From positions 310,001 through 374,000 of the IMG/VR virus record IMGVR_UViG_3300028558_000791: a DNA stretch of 64,000 nucleotides; one strand, written 5' to 3'. The position numbers and the translations under genes were made by a program. Positions 11,501 through 19,821 of the stretch are shown here, in pieces; the first letter of the stretch is position 1, and every line of letters begins with the position of its first letter. A model generated the notes under the pieces. The model was given only the letters and a program-made list of their open reading frames with translations. It was not told where the DNA came from and did no database searches.

Positions 11501-12712
11501 GATACATCTAATGATCCAAACACTAGATACTACTTTGATGCCTTTGGCGCCGTAACTGAAACCGTCACTAGTGTTAGCAACGTAGCAGTCAAGTTGTCTT
11601 CTCCAGCTTCTAAGATTTTAAGTGTTACTCTGGCAGCAGGTGATCCTAAAATTGATTACTTTGCTGGTGGTCAGTTGGAGATTGATACTCAGCATGCCAT
11701 CCAAGAAGAATCTATGGTTACAGGAATGTCCATTGTAACAGTCTCTCAGCCAATTCTTCAAGTCATTACTGTTAAGATTGCAGGAGACCTAACTGAGAAG
11801 GATTACTTTGCTAACGGAAGCGTCGGAGCTGATGGAAAAACTATCTTCTTGGGTATCTCAACTCCACAAGCAAATGTAGATGTTATCGTTACTTATCAGA
11901 CAACGAGCAATAACAACGTCACGCTCAATACCCAGGTCATTAGACTCAACAGGAAGCTACCTGCGCAAAATTCTAAGGTTGTTGTAACCTATATTCCAAC
12001 CGGACTCCAGGGAGACCGCCTCTCAATTTATAAAGACCCATACGGTTACATTAATTTTACCATCCGTGCTTCTGACTCTGACTTTGTAGTTAGAGCGCCA
12101 GTTCGCTGGGCACAAAACACCTGGCACCGTGTCAAAGCAAGTTACAAGATCAATAATGGTCTTGGACAAGATGAAATGAGACTATTCCTAGATGGATATC
12201 AGTATACTGATGTGCTATTTGGTGAAGGACTGTCTTTTGGCAAGTTCCCAATGGTTTATGGTTCTGTAGCAGTAGGAGATGGTTACAGTTTGGTAGGCAG
12301 CATTTCTTTCAAGGACCCAATTAACACGCTGTATATTGGATCTGATTTTAATAAGAATAACCCAATCTATACCCTGTTGGATAATTTTAGGGTCAGCAAT
12401 CTCTCTAGACCGATCTATGCCCCTTATGGAGAGCCTCTAGATGCAAACTTTAGCAGTAACTTAAGTACGGTTTTCCCAGTTACAAAAGACTTATACACAA
12501 CTTTACTGATAGATTTTGACAGGTTGAATGCCTTGAATACAGATTTTGCCACTTTGATTGATAGAGCTAATGGAGCTTTTGATTTTACTGTGAATATCTT
12601 CGATTCTTTTGGTATAGTTAGTGGTAGTGCGAAAGTCAAAGAAGTACTTGAAAACCTTATCAATATCCTAAAGCCAGCCAACTGCAGGGTGTTTATTAAG
12701 TATATTACCTGA
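5558..12712 (+). CDS. Giant virion baseplate-region protein with LamG/concanavalin-like domains (2384 aa)
   Basis: LRNFGTLV...RERYRDAL...QGPTVAAIK (tail-I/wedge-like); EGTFETW/HMVAASW/LFIDG and QGTIEFW/WHRVKASY/LFLDG/LYIGSD/LDNFRVS LamG motifs; C-terminal LKPANCRV. Confidence 0.65.
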   Translation: MIATLRVVNLAINSSTSIDVSFTEALTGDLVTGNVSILSQTENVPNSEVLQISVNGNVLSITCQPLTPYSAFYLQFQSTPGNPFISLNGDAKISEDGVSNRMIIIGPLPSDNPVNDYLQSFYQNNIYKTSDTTTVVNKYIQSIAVNFARALYDIRQLGNENYLSFTIVDEVHTKGETPFERLYEEGAYDVFRLGFGLSEAPVSTTFVFDSFPSYPVTLQRQLVTEIIKASSNDTDGTFNINTLVFNLSNKPVTRVNSITFTLTTADPVFVYDIDKLGYQILNSTFDQDFASSYLLLEDNQVKINESILSDPNFSLDQIFHIVIEYEYKGLGIQVDPTTVNTFATLQSVREVLPPIINIFSLKHAPITDASNNTVTTGGVFFIDPNSGTGTPHPAFMVEIPFSLSGLPSSPGVYSIDYSTGTVYVYGANSDNDGTGPSPPLATYYYKFTFTPDIDYVYDSDLLELVALPLGNLIDQAGTIAFNYEQVLIPGVDYVADTHIESINERIGNKLNALNSLTTLHSPITNVFQIFNETSGEIYILDRWNDDTVYFRFNSPPRVLNQIGENSKFFTVTNELLGINTTTTNANNLRIFVILLANNTIINSSQDGIGASFNTSLQFTNGNVFNRELWFDQEFTAGFNVDRIQVPGEYVVDYKNGVVYVAVSSTQSNDIGTVTYKKNSIVPSFPHVISVDDIYNRISVLNPKNKQFSYLSFGDGFIVPQNLDISDEAFLNGVTSSPYQIFQNQVGAFVQSTFVNGVTNAVKYVRSVYEFNDLTNSSNPINFGIVSTSSNFNITVGSINRQSFESVQFDGSNYFITLNENIPYLSPGITFTFDVVRTSDLQPLWNGSGTVVPGNPLKLILPGIGSPQIGDLVKVTYSFSIVPLERVIVDYNKGDFFTDYTYVADEILVSYEYGDNVIDFRKNLNLPTGSNYYVSYKAGALRDALLRNFGTLVNVPDLSTFDLSLDRERYRDALYAALSSFIQGPTVAAIKNIGQVITHVEPEVIESAFEIWSLGSSLLFPVSVQTTGSFQLLPAHYGNGVLIDQPEQTITMPVNSNLRLEEGTFETWVLPQWNGLDNDASLAFHITRDGYAIDPYRLFIGGSEYHPELDGKYNFTLNKQSNVTGRPNRNKDGIFIYYDKDISGSFYRWYVEVIDGYVAPDNHIYQFQIFSSGKFYDVKPIGGVKPSNMSTFTGTSKVNLTIRPSFDGYGIDEGITFVSDVEHYILDFGLTKDSNRLSIFKDVSGYMNFRVYDRDHKMYTISADVSSWKNNVPHMVAASWKLNTKNNRDEMHLFIDGLEVPNIIKYGQKLQPYLHEKFRTVNPEEIVGLATRDIVGSTDLATLEGSTLVTSSINFSDFKVFIGDTIFINENGFSPVGYTIININGQSLTLNSAMPVTMNGGRFSVNQTEFPVSSEINIAPNIAVTTVHTFATGTDLTTISGSATVTSVGTNFSALGVKPGFILRIDNSSFALTYSIVQVSGNSLTITDPSPLSLSGVTFQIYSNVENEIPGVRALHPAYSITQDANFNNILTVSNDVFANDLILIRTLGLNFKDIKKQYYVWSSQIENVLQTQLPPPINLDQANITRIITPTTAIGPANSTLMAGVFVSNYLPTAKPSNAQVGRTIQATISGTNVDFSVPVQVTINGISGINTINETITFTNYGTLDFTNTFVTVNYVWVNVKPVNASKNALALELREKYPMTHGESSGLVPVIRYSYHINGGYTLGGNGIDNTVTDLNNTFSALDINNYLIIHSPPTVAGFYLITGLSTDRHSITIQPTAASFSVPLPYFANGAYQVLNTTQYRSGLQNGYFTLEAGVLPGQQYFLDQGFYELEYSTYARIKFDALNTKMYIGSDFQGHSQANSIIDQATIYSIMLTDTRVGEVIALHKHSVTKDFNSLRPPKADSNTLALIDFDTYPFTNDASFYASTNNDHKHFQSDFTVNDNFSQSLVILDEPLVLSNDGILDTRHQGTIEFWMSPIFDTSNDPNTRYYFDAFGAVTETVTSVSNVAVKLSSPASKILSVTLAAGDPKIDYFAGGQLEIDTQHAIQEESMVTGMSIVTVSQPILQVITVKIAGDLTEKDYFANGSVGADGKTIFLGISTPQANVDVIVTYQTTSNNNVTLNTQVIRLNRKLPAQNSKVVVTYIPTGLQGDRLSIYKDPYGYINFTIRASDSDFVVRAPVRWAQNTWHRVKASYKINNGLGQDEMRLFLDGYQYTDVLFGEGLSFGKFPMVYGSVAVGDGYSLVGSISFKDPINTLYIGSDFNKNNPIYTLLDNFRVSNLSRPIYAPYGEPLDANFSSNLSTVFPVTKDLYTTLLIDFDRLNALNTDFATLIDRANGAFDFTVNIFDSFGIVSGSAKVKEVLENLINILKPANCRVFIKYIT

Positions 12713-12720
12713 GAGAAGTA

Positions 12721-15700
12721 ATGACAAAGCGAGCCCCCGTATCCGTACAAAAACCAATTTGGTATGATGCCCAGCAGGTAGACGAGACCGATCTATCTTC
12801 TGAGCAGACAGCTAATGACACTATTGATGCTGCCATTATTAACAACCACATTGGAGACGGTGTTCTACCAGAGAACCTGGTGGCCAATGTTTTGTTTGAC
12901 TCCAGCCTAACCACTGGCTTTTTAGATGGTCTTGCCATTCAAACACAAGTTCAGCCCTCCGATAACAATTTCGGCAATCAACTTACCATCACCCTAACCG
13001 GCTCAAAGGCATCTGGCCATCGCCGTGTTAAAGTAGGTATTATTGGATTGGACTTTCAATCCAACTTGCAATATGAAACCTTTTATTTCAAGAGTAATGA
13101 AGTTCAAGTTAGCAGGCGCCATTTTACTAAAATTCTAGTGCTACTATTCAATGACTTTATTGGAGATGACGAGCTATCTTTCAATCTAGGTGGAAATATT
13201 GTTATTGCAGAGGCTCTGCCAATGACTCTTTCAAGAGATATTGTAATGATCTCACAAGAGCAACAGCCCAATCTATTCTTCAGAGACTTCTTCCTAGACT
13301 CTTCCATTAGTAAATTGTCTATCCAAACAATGTTGCAAGACGCGCTACCACTATACAACATAGATAGTCTCAATATCTTAGGCGCCCCACTTGATAATCT
13401 ACCAATTCTAAGTGGTGACGTTACTACTCAGATTGGACAAAAGTTTCAAGCTACCACCAATAGCGTTCAAAAGATTTCTCTATTACTATCCGTAAGAAAT
13501 CAGGTTGCAGGAAAAGAAGATGATTTAGTTTGGAGCGGAGATATTGTTGTTAGTATCTATCCTCTACAGACTAGCATTGATTGTCCAACAGACTTCTTAC
13601 CAAATCTACCAATCGATTTCTCGCCATCTAATATTCCAGTTGCTCAAATTAGCTATAACTATAATAGCTTAACTGCTGCTGGTATAGTTCTTGATTCAGT
13701 TCCACAGCCAGTAGACTTTGTATTTAGTAATAGTCCTGTTGCCGGCGGTAATCAAATGGTACCGGGCCAATACTATGCTCTTACCATTAAGCGTTCAGGT
13801 TCCGCCAATCAATGTGACATCTTAGTCGCAACTGGTCAAGATCTAATTACTAACTCCAGAATCACTACATTTACTGGGACATTATGGGTTGATATTCCTG
13901 ACCAAGATTTATGGTTTATTGTTTGGACAGATGCCGCTAAAGTGTCTGATGGACAAGCCTACGATCAAGGTCATGGTGTTACTATCCCTAAGACAACTAC
14001 CGATCCAACAACGTTGGCTACAGTAGATAATGTATTTGGTTCCAAGCAGTTCGTTGGTAATGATGTATTTAGAGCCGTTCTTGCGGCCGTTACCCAGGTT
14101 TCCGATCCTGTACCAGACCAGAGAACTGGTAACCCAGTTGATTCTCGTCAAGAATATGTTCCTCAAGTTACATTGATGAACAGCATTGACATTACCAATC
14201 TAGAAAAATCATCTGAGCCACTTATCCTTGGCGCTATCTCTGACAAGAACATTAAGTTCTTTGATGCAAGCCAGCAAATCATCAACTCTACATTGTATAG
14301 TGCTACGATGGTTAAAGATGAAATTGTTATTAGAATAGTTGATGACCCAACTGATACTGTAAGATTTGATTTATCAGTTAGTGGATTGGCAACTAGCCTA
14401 TTAAATGGTGATTTGGTTGGAGCTATTATTAGACCAGATGCTGCCGCTCCATTCACATCATATCGTTTGGCTGGCGCTAGACTATGTTCCATGATTTTAG
14501 GTGATGTAGATGGTAATGGAATTATCGATGAAAAAGATTTAGCTTTGTTGAATACGTTTGTTGGTTACAATATGAACGTTGGACTACCAGCTCATACCAA
14601 TATCGTAACAGACGGTTACACTACTACTTTCCAAAATGGATATCAAAGCCTTACTCAACCGTTCGCCAATCTATTCGGCATTAGCTTCCAGCTAATTAAC
14701 CCAAATGATGGTTCTGTTGTTGCTGCAGCTACTGATGGTGTTTTAGTTGCTAACCCATCCGATCCAACTTTAGCTCAATTTACTAGTGCGACTATACAAT
14801 TCAATACCATTGTTGGTCTCAGCTCTTACAAATTGGTTATTCTAAGCAGTGGTTCTAATGAAGCTGATTGGGGTGGCTGGAATATTACCGCACTAGACTC
14901 TAGTGTAGATGTTATTACTATTCAGAAGATATTGCTAACTGGAGACGTATTTGCCCAGATGCTAAGGGCTGATATCAACGGTGACTTTGCTGTTACTACA
15001 GCGGACGGATACTTACTCGGTAGTTACATTGATAGACTTCCAACCACGGCTATCCCTCCAGCTACATATCCAGCTCCAAGCACAAATCCATATACTAAAA
15101 TTGGAACTCGTTTTAACGTTATTAGATTAAGAGTGGAAGAGTTAGTAGATAGACTTGATGATTATACTGCTGATCCTAATACTCGTGCATTGACCGTCCA
15201 TCCACAACAAGACATCTTCTCTGGTGATGGTTACTTCGCCAACCATAATTTCTATACATCTCCAATCCAAATGGCTTTTACCAAGCAATTGGTCTGGGAC
15301 GCTTCATTGGTTATTACTAACGCTCATCCAAAGCTAGTACCAAGTGTATTCACGTCTGAAACTGGTGTTGTTCATAATGCTTGTGAGATAGAAGGCATTC
15401 AATGCAATGTCTATCCAGTCCCACAACCATTCGATCCAGGCAAGGTAGACTTCTTTGTACCTAACAACCTCATCATCGGTGATGGTGAGCTACAGCGTCC
15501 AGACGGATATTTCTACAAAGTAGACTTTGAAGTTGGTACAGTCGTTCTAGAGATTCCAGACGGATTGTTTGGTTCAGAACGAACTATTGACATCATGAAT
15601 GATTTTATCTCTGATTACACAGGCAATGGTGCGACTCGTCTTGGATTCCCATCCATGAGATTTGCAGACTGCTCTTATGTGCAGAGAGATGCTCTATCAA

Positions 15701-16746
15701 AGGATCAAATTAGATTTTCGGTTTCTGTGCAGTCTTTCTCACCAAATACAGCCGGTTTGAGTCCCGATGGATATACGGGAGCCATTGTAGATGGTAAGAT
15801 GGGTGTAAGCGTAGACTTTGAAACCGGCTTGCTCACATTGAACTTCAGTAATTTGTATCAGGACCCAACCCTCTTGACTCTAAGTACCAAGGTACAAGTC
15901 AATGTGTTCTTGAAGAAGGGCGGGTTTAACAACATGCCAATCTTCGTAGACTCTACTAAGGTCCAGAACATGCTAAGTTTGATTAGTGTCTTCAGCGGTG
16001 CCAATGATGGCGGCCCATCTGCTCTAGTAGATTTAGGTAATGATGTAACTGGAATCCTACCAATCTTGAATGGTGGTACCGGTCTCAATGCAGTAGGAGC
16101 TTTCGGAACCGTGCTCACAAGCACCGGAAGCGGACTAAGCTATCAATTCATTAATACTTTGCTCAACGTCATTCCATTCTCTAGTGGTATCCCATCTGCT
16201 GATAAGGTTCCAAAGCTTGATGGTTATGGATTCCTAGACCCAAGCTTTATGTACAAACAACCAATGTATATTGTTGGTGTGGCTGGAAACTACTCTAATG
16301 ATGGATATATTCCATCAGCCATTGGCGCCCTTACATTTAGACTAGATAGCTTCATTCTAGAAGGTCTAGATAGTATTAAGCTAGAGTGTATTCTAGAAAC
16401 TACTAATGTGGCTAGCACAGCAGGTCTACAGCTATTTAATGTAGATAACCACACTTATGTTCCTCTTAATGGATCTAGTACGGCTTTGATAACTACCAAT
16501 GTACAAGCAACGTACTTAGTATCTCAGGACCTAAAGGGATTGTTATACACGGGAGCTACGAACTTTGTATATGAAATCCATCTATTCTCGAATCCTGGTG
16601 GTTCATTGGATACGGGTATCTGCAAGATGGCAAGATTGGTTATGACATACAACAATTTGACTTTGAATGGAGTCTCTGCAATTGCACCTCCAGTATCTCA
16701 TAGCTACAACTTCGTACCGTTCCTACCAAGCCCAACTCCATCATAA
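12721..16746 (+). CDS. Large virion structural protein with dockerin/EF-hand-like repeats (1341 aa)
   Basis: N-terminal WYDAQQVDETDLSSEQ; GDVDGNGIIDEKDL and ADINGDFAVTTAD repeats; GILPILNGGTG fibre-like motif; last gene of the structural operon. Confidence 0.6.
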   Translation: MTKRAPVSVQKPIWYDAQQVDETDLSSEQTANDTIDAAIINNHIGDGVLPENLVANVLFDSSLTTGFLDGLAIQTQVQPSDNNFGNQLTITLTGSKASGHRRVKVGIIGLDFQSNLQYETFYFKSNEVQVSRRHFTKILVLLFNDFIGDDELSFNLGGNIVIAEALPMTLSRDIVMISQEQQPNLFFRDFFLDSSISKLSIQTMLQDALPLYNIDSLNILGAPLDNLPILSGDVTTQIGQKFQATTNSVQKISLLLSVRNQVAGKEDDLVWSGDIVVSIYPLQTSIDCPTDFLPNLPIDFSPSNIPVAQISYNYNSLTAAGIVLDSVPQPVDFVFSNSPVAGGNQMVPGQYYALTIKRSGSANQCDILVATGQDLITNSRITTFTGTLWVDIPDQDLWFIVWTDAAKVSDGQAYDQGHGVTIPKTTTDPTTLATVDNVFGSKQFVGNDVFRAVLAAVTQVSDPVPDQRTGNPVDSRQEYVPQVTLMNSIDITNLEKSSEPLILGAISDKNIKFFDASQQIINSTLYSATMVKDEIVIRIVDDPTDTVRFDLSVSGLATSLLNGDLVGAIIRPDAAAPFTSYRLAGARLCSMILGDVDGNGIIDEKDLALLNTFVGYNMNVGLPAHTNIVTDGYTTTFQNGYQSLTQPFANLFGISFQLINPNDGSVVAAATDGVLVANPSDPTLAQFTSATIQFNTIVGLSSYKLVILSSGSNEADWGGWNITALDSSVDVITIQKILLTGDVFAQMLRADINGDFAVTTADGYLLGSYIDRLPTTAIPPATYPAPSTNPYTKIGTRFNVIRLRVEELVDRLDDYTADPNTRALTVHPQQDIFSGDGYFANHNFYTSPIQMAFTKQLVWDASLVITNAHPKLVPSVFTSETGVVHNACEIEGIQCNVYPVPQPFDPGKVDFFVPNNLIIGDGELQRPDGYFYKVDFEVGTVVLEIPDGLFGSERTIDIMNDFISDYTGNGATRLGFPSMRFADCSYVQRDALSKDQIRFSVSVQSFSPNTAGLSPDGYTGAIVDGKMGVSVDFETGLLTLNFSNLYQDPTLLTLSTKVQVNVFLKKGGFNNMPIFVDSTKVQNMLSLISVFSGANDGGPSALVDLGNDVTGILPILNGGTGLNAVGAFGTVLTSTGSGLSYQFINTLLNVIPFSSGIPSADKVPKLDGYGFLDPSFMYKQPMYIVGVAGNYSNDGYIPSAIGALTFRLDSFILEGLDSIKLECILETTNVASTAGLQLFNVDNHTYVPLNGSSTALITTNVQATYLVSQDLKGLLYTGATNFVYEIHLFSNPGGSLDTGICKMARLVMTYNNLTLNGVSAIAPPVSHSYNFVPFLPSPTPS

Positions 16747-16759
16747 TATTTGGCGGGCC

Positions 16760-16787
16760 TTGACATCCTAATTTTTAAGGCTACAAT
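16760..16787 (+). promoter_or_regulatory. Sigma70-like promoter TTGACA-N16-TACAAT
   Basis: Near-consensus -35/-10 in the intergenic gap before ORF 16829. Confidence 0.6.
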
Positions 16788-16828
16788 GCTCCTTACATAA
16801 GGATCGGTGTGCGCCGAATTGTGGAAAA

Positions 16829-17530
16829 ATGAGACGAGAAAAATGGTGGAAAATTTTCCATCTACCATCTCCAAAGGAGCTGGGGTGGACTACTAGCGAG
16901 TACAATGCGTTACCAATGGCTTTGTTCAAGAAAGCTAATGATGATACTCCTACTTGGGAAGACTGGGACGCAAAGATGCGTAAAGAGTATCCAGTGAGAT
17001 ATTTCTTTGCGGAGACTGTCCCCTATTGGTTTAGTACTATGATTAGAAGACGCGTCAAGGATGCTTGGTACTGGTTTAAATGCCACGTGTTACCCAGCCA
17101 CCAATATCATATGTTAGATCTTAGGCAGCCTAAGAACGAGTTCATGCACAGTTACAAATGGGGTTGGATTGATTCCGATACCAAAATTCTGTATGCACTC
17201 TTTAACATTCTCAATACTTTTGTCAAGGAAGAGCTGCCCCATATGTATTGCCCTAGTGAAGAGGATGTACAAACGGATGCTCACCTATTGCATCAACGTA
17301 ATCACTATCTAGAAATCAAGGCCATTCATTACTGGTGGAATGTTGAAAGATTACGCCAGAATAAGAATCACGCTGATGTTCTTTCTGCTTGGTCAGATGC
17401 TAAACATGCCAGCGATCCCAAAGAACACCAACTCTGGGATGATTTAAAGAAAATTGAAGCTGCCAATGAAGCCAAAGAGGATGAAATGATGGGCAGGCTA
17501 ATCAAGATCCGACGTTCTTTATGGACCTGA
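16829..17530 (+). CDS. Hypothetical phage protein (Trp-rich, C-terminal EDEMMGRLIKIRRSLWT)
   Basis: Clean ORF downstream of a promoter; function not recognised. Confidence 0.7.
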   Translation: MRREKWWKIFHLPSPKELGWTTSEYNALPMALFKKANDDTPTWEDWDAKMRKEYPVRYFFAETVPYWFSTMIRRRVKDAWYWFKCHVLPSHQYHMLDLRQPKNEFMHSYKWGWIDSDTKILYALFNILNTFVKEELPHMYCPSEEDVQTDAHLLHQRNHYLEIKAIHYWWNVERLRQNKNHADVLSAWSDAKHASDPKEHQLWDDLKKIEAANEAKEDEMMGRLIKIRRSLWT

Positions 17531-17543
17531 TATAGAAAGGTTC

Positions 17544-18680
17544 ATGAAGATTTGTTGGTTTGGATTTCTTGGAAAAAATCATAGTTGGTCAATTGTTGCA
17601 CAGAATCTCTCTAGAGAGTTTGTTAGGATGGGGCACCAGGTAGACTTGTTCTCCACCAATGGTACAGATCATTTTCCAGAAGATTTGAAACCATATCTAA
17701 AAGGTTCCATCACCGAAGATGAAGGCGTAGCCCCTGAGCAATTCTATGCTAAGGTGGCATCCAAGCTAGATGCCAATTATGATATGCAAATGTCGTATAC
17801 GGCACTCCGTAATTTCTGCAATTATTTCAGTAGAGGCGAAACCAATAGATTTGGTATTTGGAATTACGAAACAACCAAACTGCCCACCGCATTCTCTAGA
17901 TTTGGCAAGTGTGTAGATTTAGTTCTACCCTCATCTGAATTTTCTAAGAAGATTTTCACTGACAACGGAATGGCAGCAGATCACCAAGTGGTAGTGCCAC
18001 ATGGCATCTATCTTGATAGATTTGCCAACCTGGGAAAGTATCCTCTCAAAACTAAAAAGAAGTATAAGATACTGGCTAACATTGCACAGCCCCATTTACG
18101 AAAGAACATACCGGGGTTGCTAAGAGCATTTGGTAAAGCTTTTACTAGGAAAGATGATGTATGTTTGGTGCTGAAAGTCGCTCGTAAGAGCCCTCAGCCA
18201 GGATTTGATGTGCCGTTTAACGATATCATGGCTCGTTGGCAAAAGGAATTTCCTCAGCACGCTGAAGTTGAAATTATCGACAAGTTCATTGTCGATATTG
18301 AAACTCTTTACAATGCTTGTGACGTTGTATATACTATGGCACATGCTGAATGTTTCTGGATGCCTGGTCTAGAAGGATTTGCGGCTAACAAGATTGTTGT
18401 AGCTCCACGCTATGGCGGTCAGCTTGACTATATGAATGATGAGAACTCTATCCTAATAGATGGTAAGATAATTAGGGCCGACGTACGTATGCAATATTGG
18501 GAACCATCTTCATATGCAGAAGTATTTGATCCAAATCAAGATCAAGCCGCCGAGAAGCTCAAGCACCTCATCGCAAACTATGATGACTACCTAAAGAAAT
18601 TCTCTCCGGGCATGCAAGAGACGGCACATAAGTTTACGTGGGAGAATGCGGCCAAACAAATTATAGGACTATGTAAATGA
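17544..18680 (+). CDS. Glycosyltransferase, GT4/GT-B family
   Basis: RKNIPGLLRAF, LYNACD, ECFWMPGLEGFA (E-x7-E), FTWENAA motifs. Confidence 0.85.
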   Translation: MKICWFGFLGKNHSWSIVAQNLSREFVRMGHQVDLFSTNGTDHFPEDLKPYLKGSITEDEGVAPEQFYAKVASKLDANYDMQMSYTALRNFCNYFSRGETNRFGIWNYETTKLPTAFSRFGKCVDLVLPSSEFSKKIFTDNGMAADHQVVVPHGIYLDRFANLGKYPLKTKKKYKILANIAQPHLRKNIPGLLRAFGKAFTRKDDVCLVLKVARKSPQPGFDVPFNDIMARWQKEFPQHAEVEIIDKFIVDIETLYNACDVVYTMAHAECFWMPGLEGFAANKIVVAPRYGGQLDYMNDENSILIDGKIIRADVRMQYWEPSSYAEVFDPNQDQAAEKLKHLIANYDDYLKKFSPGMQETAHKFTWENAAKQIIGLCK

Positions 18681-19468
18681 CCGATCCAAAGAAAGTTGAA
18701 CTTGGTTTCACGGTGAAAGAAAAAATTGGTATTGGAATAGTAAACCCACGGGGAATCTATCGATCCCTTAGTATTGTTATTCCTGTGTTCAATAAGTGGA
18801 ACTTTACCAAGTCTTGTCTGAATGACTTAGCTCAGCTACCAGAAGATCATGAAATCATTATCATCGATAATGCTAGTTCAGATGAAACTCAACAAGAAAT
18901 CGAGAAACTAATCAATGACCTTAGAGAAAAATATCCTTCAAGCGCTTACGTCCGTTATGTTAGGAATGAAGAAAACACTTTTCACTCTAAAGCTTGCAAT
19001 CAAGGCTTTAAAATCGCGAGTGGTGAAAATGTTCTGTTCCTGAACAATGATATTAGAGTTAGGGCTAACCATACAGGTTGGACCAAAGCTATCATTGATG
19101 CTTGTAAGGCTGGTGGAATAGTAGGGCCGACCATGGGACTACTAGATAAAGATCTAAACTTCGTTAAAGAGGCTAACCAGCAACTAACTGGTAATTGTTA
19201 TCTAGGTGGTTGGTGCATTGCTGCCTCAAAAGAGACTTGGAAGCGGTTGGACACTGGTGATAATAAAGTTTGGAATGAAGACTTCCCGTTCTATTTCAAT
19301 GACACTGATTTGAGTTTTCGTGCTCGTCAGAAGAAAGTAGCATTGACTGTAATCGCTGTGCCAGAGGTAGCCCATTTTGGCAAAGTGTCTGCTGCCCAGA
19401 TCAACATTCCAAAATTATATCAAGAAGGTAGAAATGTCTTTCTCAAGAAGTGGGCAAGGGGCCGTTAA
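18677..19468 (+). CDS. Glycosyltransferase, GT2/GT-A family
   Basis: SIVIPVFN, IIIIDNASSD, FLNND, YFNDTDLSFRA motifs. Confidence 0.85.
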   Translation: MTDPKKVELGFTVKEKIGIGIVNPRGIYRSLSIVIPVFNKWNFTKSCLNDLAQLPEDHEIIIIDNASSDETQQEIEKLINDLREKYPSSAYVRYVRNEENTFHSKACNQGFKIASGENVLFLNNDIRVRANHTGWTKAIIDACKAGGIVGPTMGLLDKDLNFVKEANQQLTGNCYLGGWCIAASKETWKRLDTGDNKVWNEDFPFYFNDTDLSFRARQKKVALTVIAVPEVAHFGKVSAAQINIPKLYQEGRNVFLKKWARGR

Positions 19469-19523
19469 TTCGGTTGGCAAATGCCATTTTGGTAAATGGT
19501 ATCTTCATCAAACGTCTGAGAAG

Positions 19524-19805
19524 ATGGATGCGTGGAAGAAGCCTGTTGTAGATCCGATCCAGGATATTATGGTTGTAGACGGTTACATACGAATCATTCG
19601 TCAAAATATAGATGTGGCCTCTCAAAAATTCGAATACAGTATTTTCTTTGTTGGTGAAGCAAATTTTTTGAGAGAGCATTTCAAAAGTTTTAGGCCAGAA
19701 TACGAAGATCATACAACTAAACTTGAATTTGAAAGTATTCAGGCCGCTAAAGATTATATTGACAAATTCATTGAGCGATTAGACAATCTCATAGCATTCA
19801 TCTAA
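19524..19805 (+). CDS. Hypothetical protein with C-terminal RLDNLIAFI tag
   Basis: Fills the gap between GT2 and Fpg; start uncertain (track start 19377 overlaps the upstream gene). Confidence 0.55.
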   Translation: MDAWKKPVVDPIQDIMVVDGYIRIIRQNIDVASQKFEYSIFFVGEANFLREHFKSFRPEYEDHTTKLEFESIQAAKDYIDKFIERLDNLIAFI

Positions 19806-19821
19806 TAGGAGTATATGTGTT

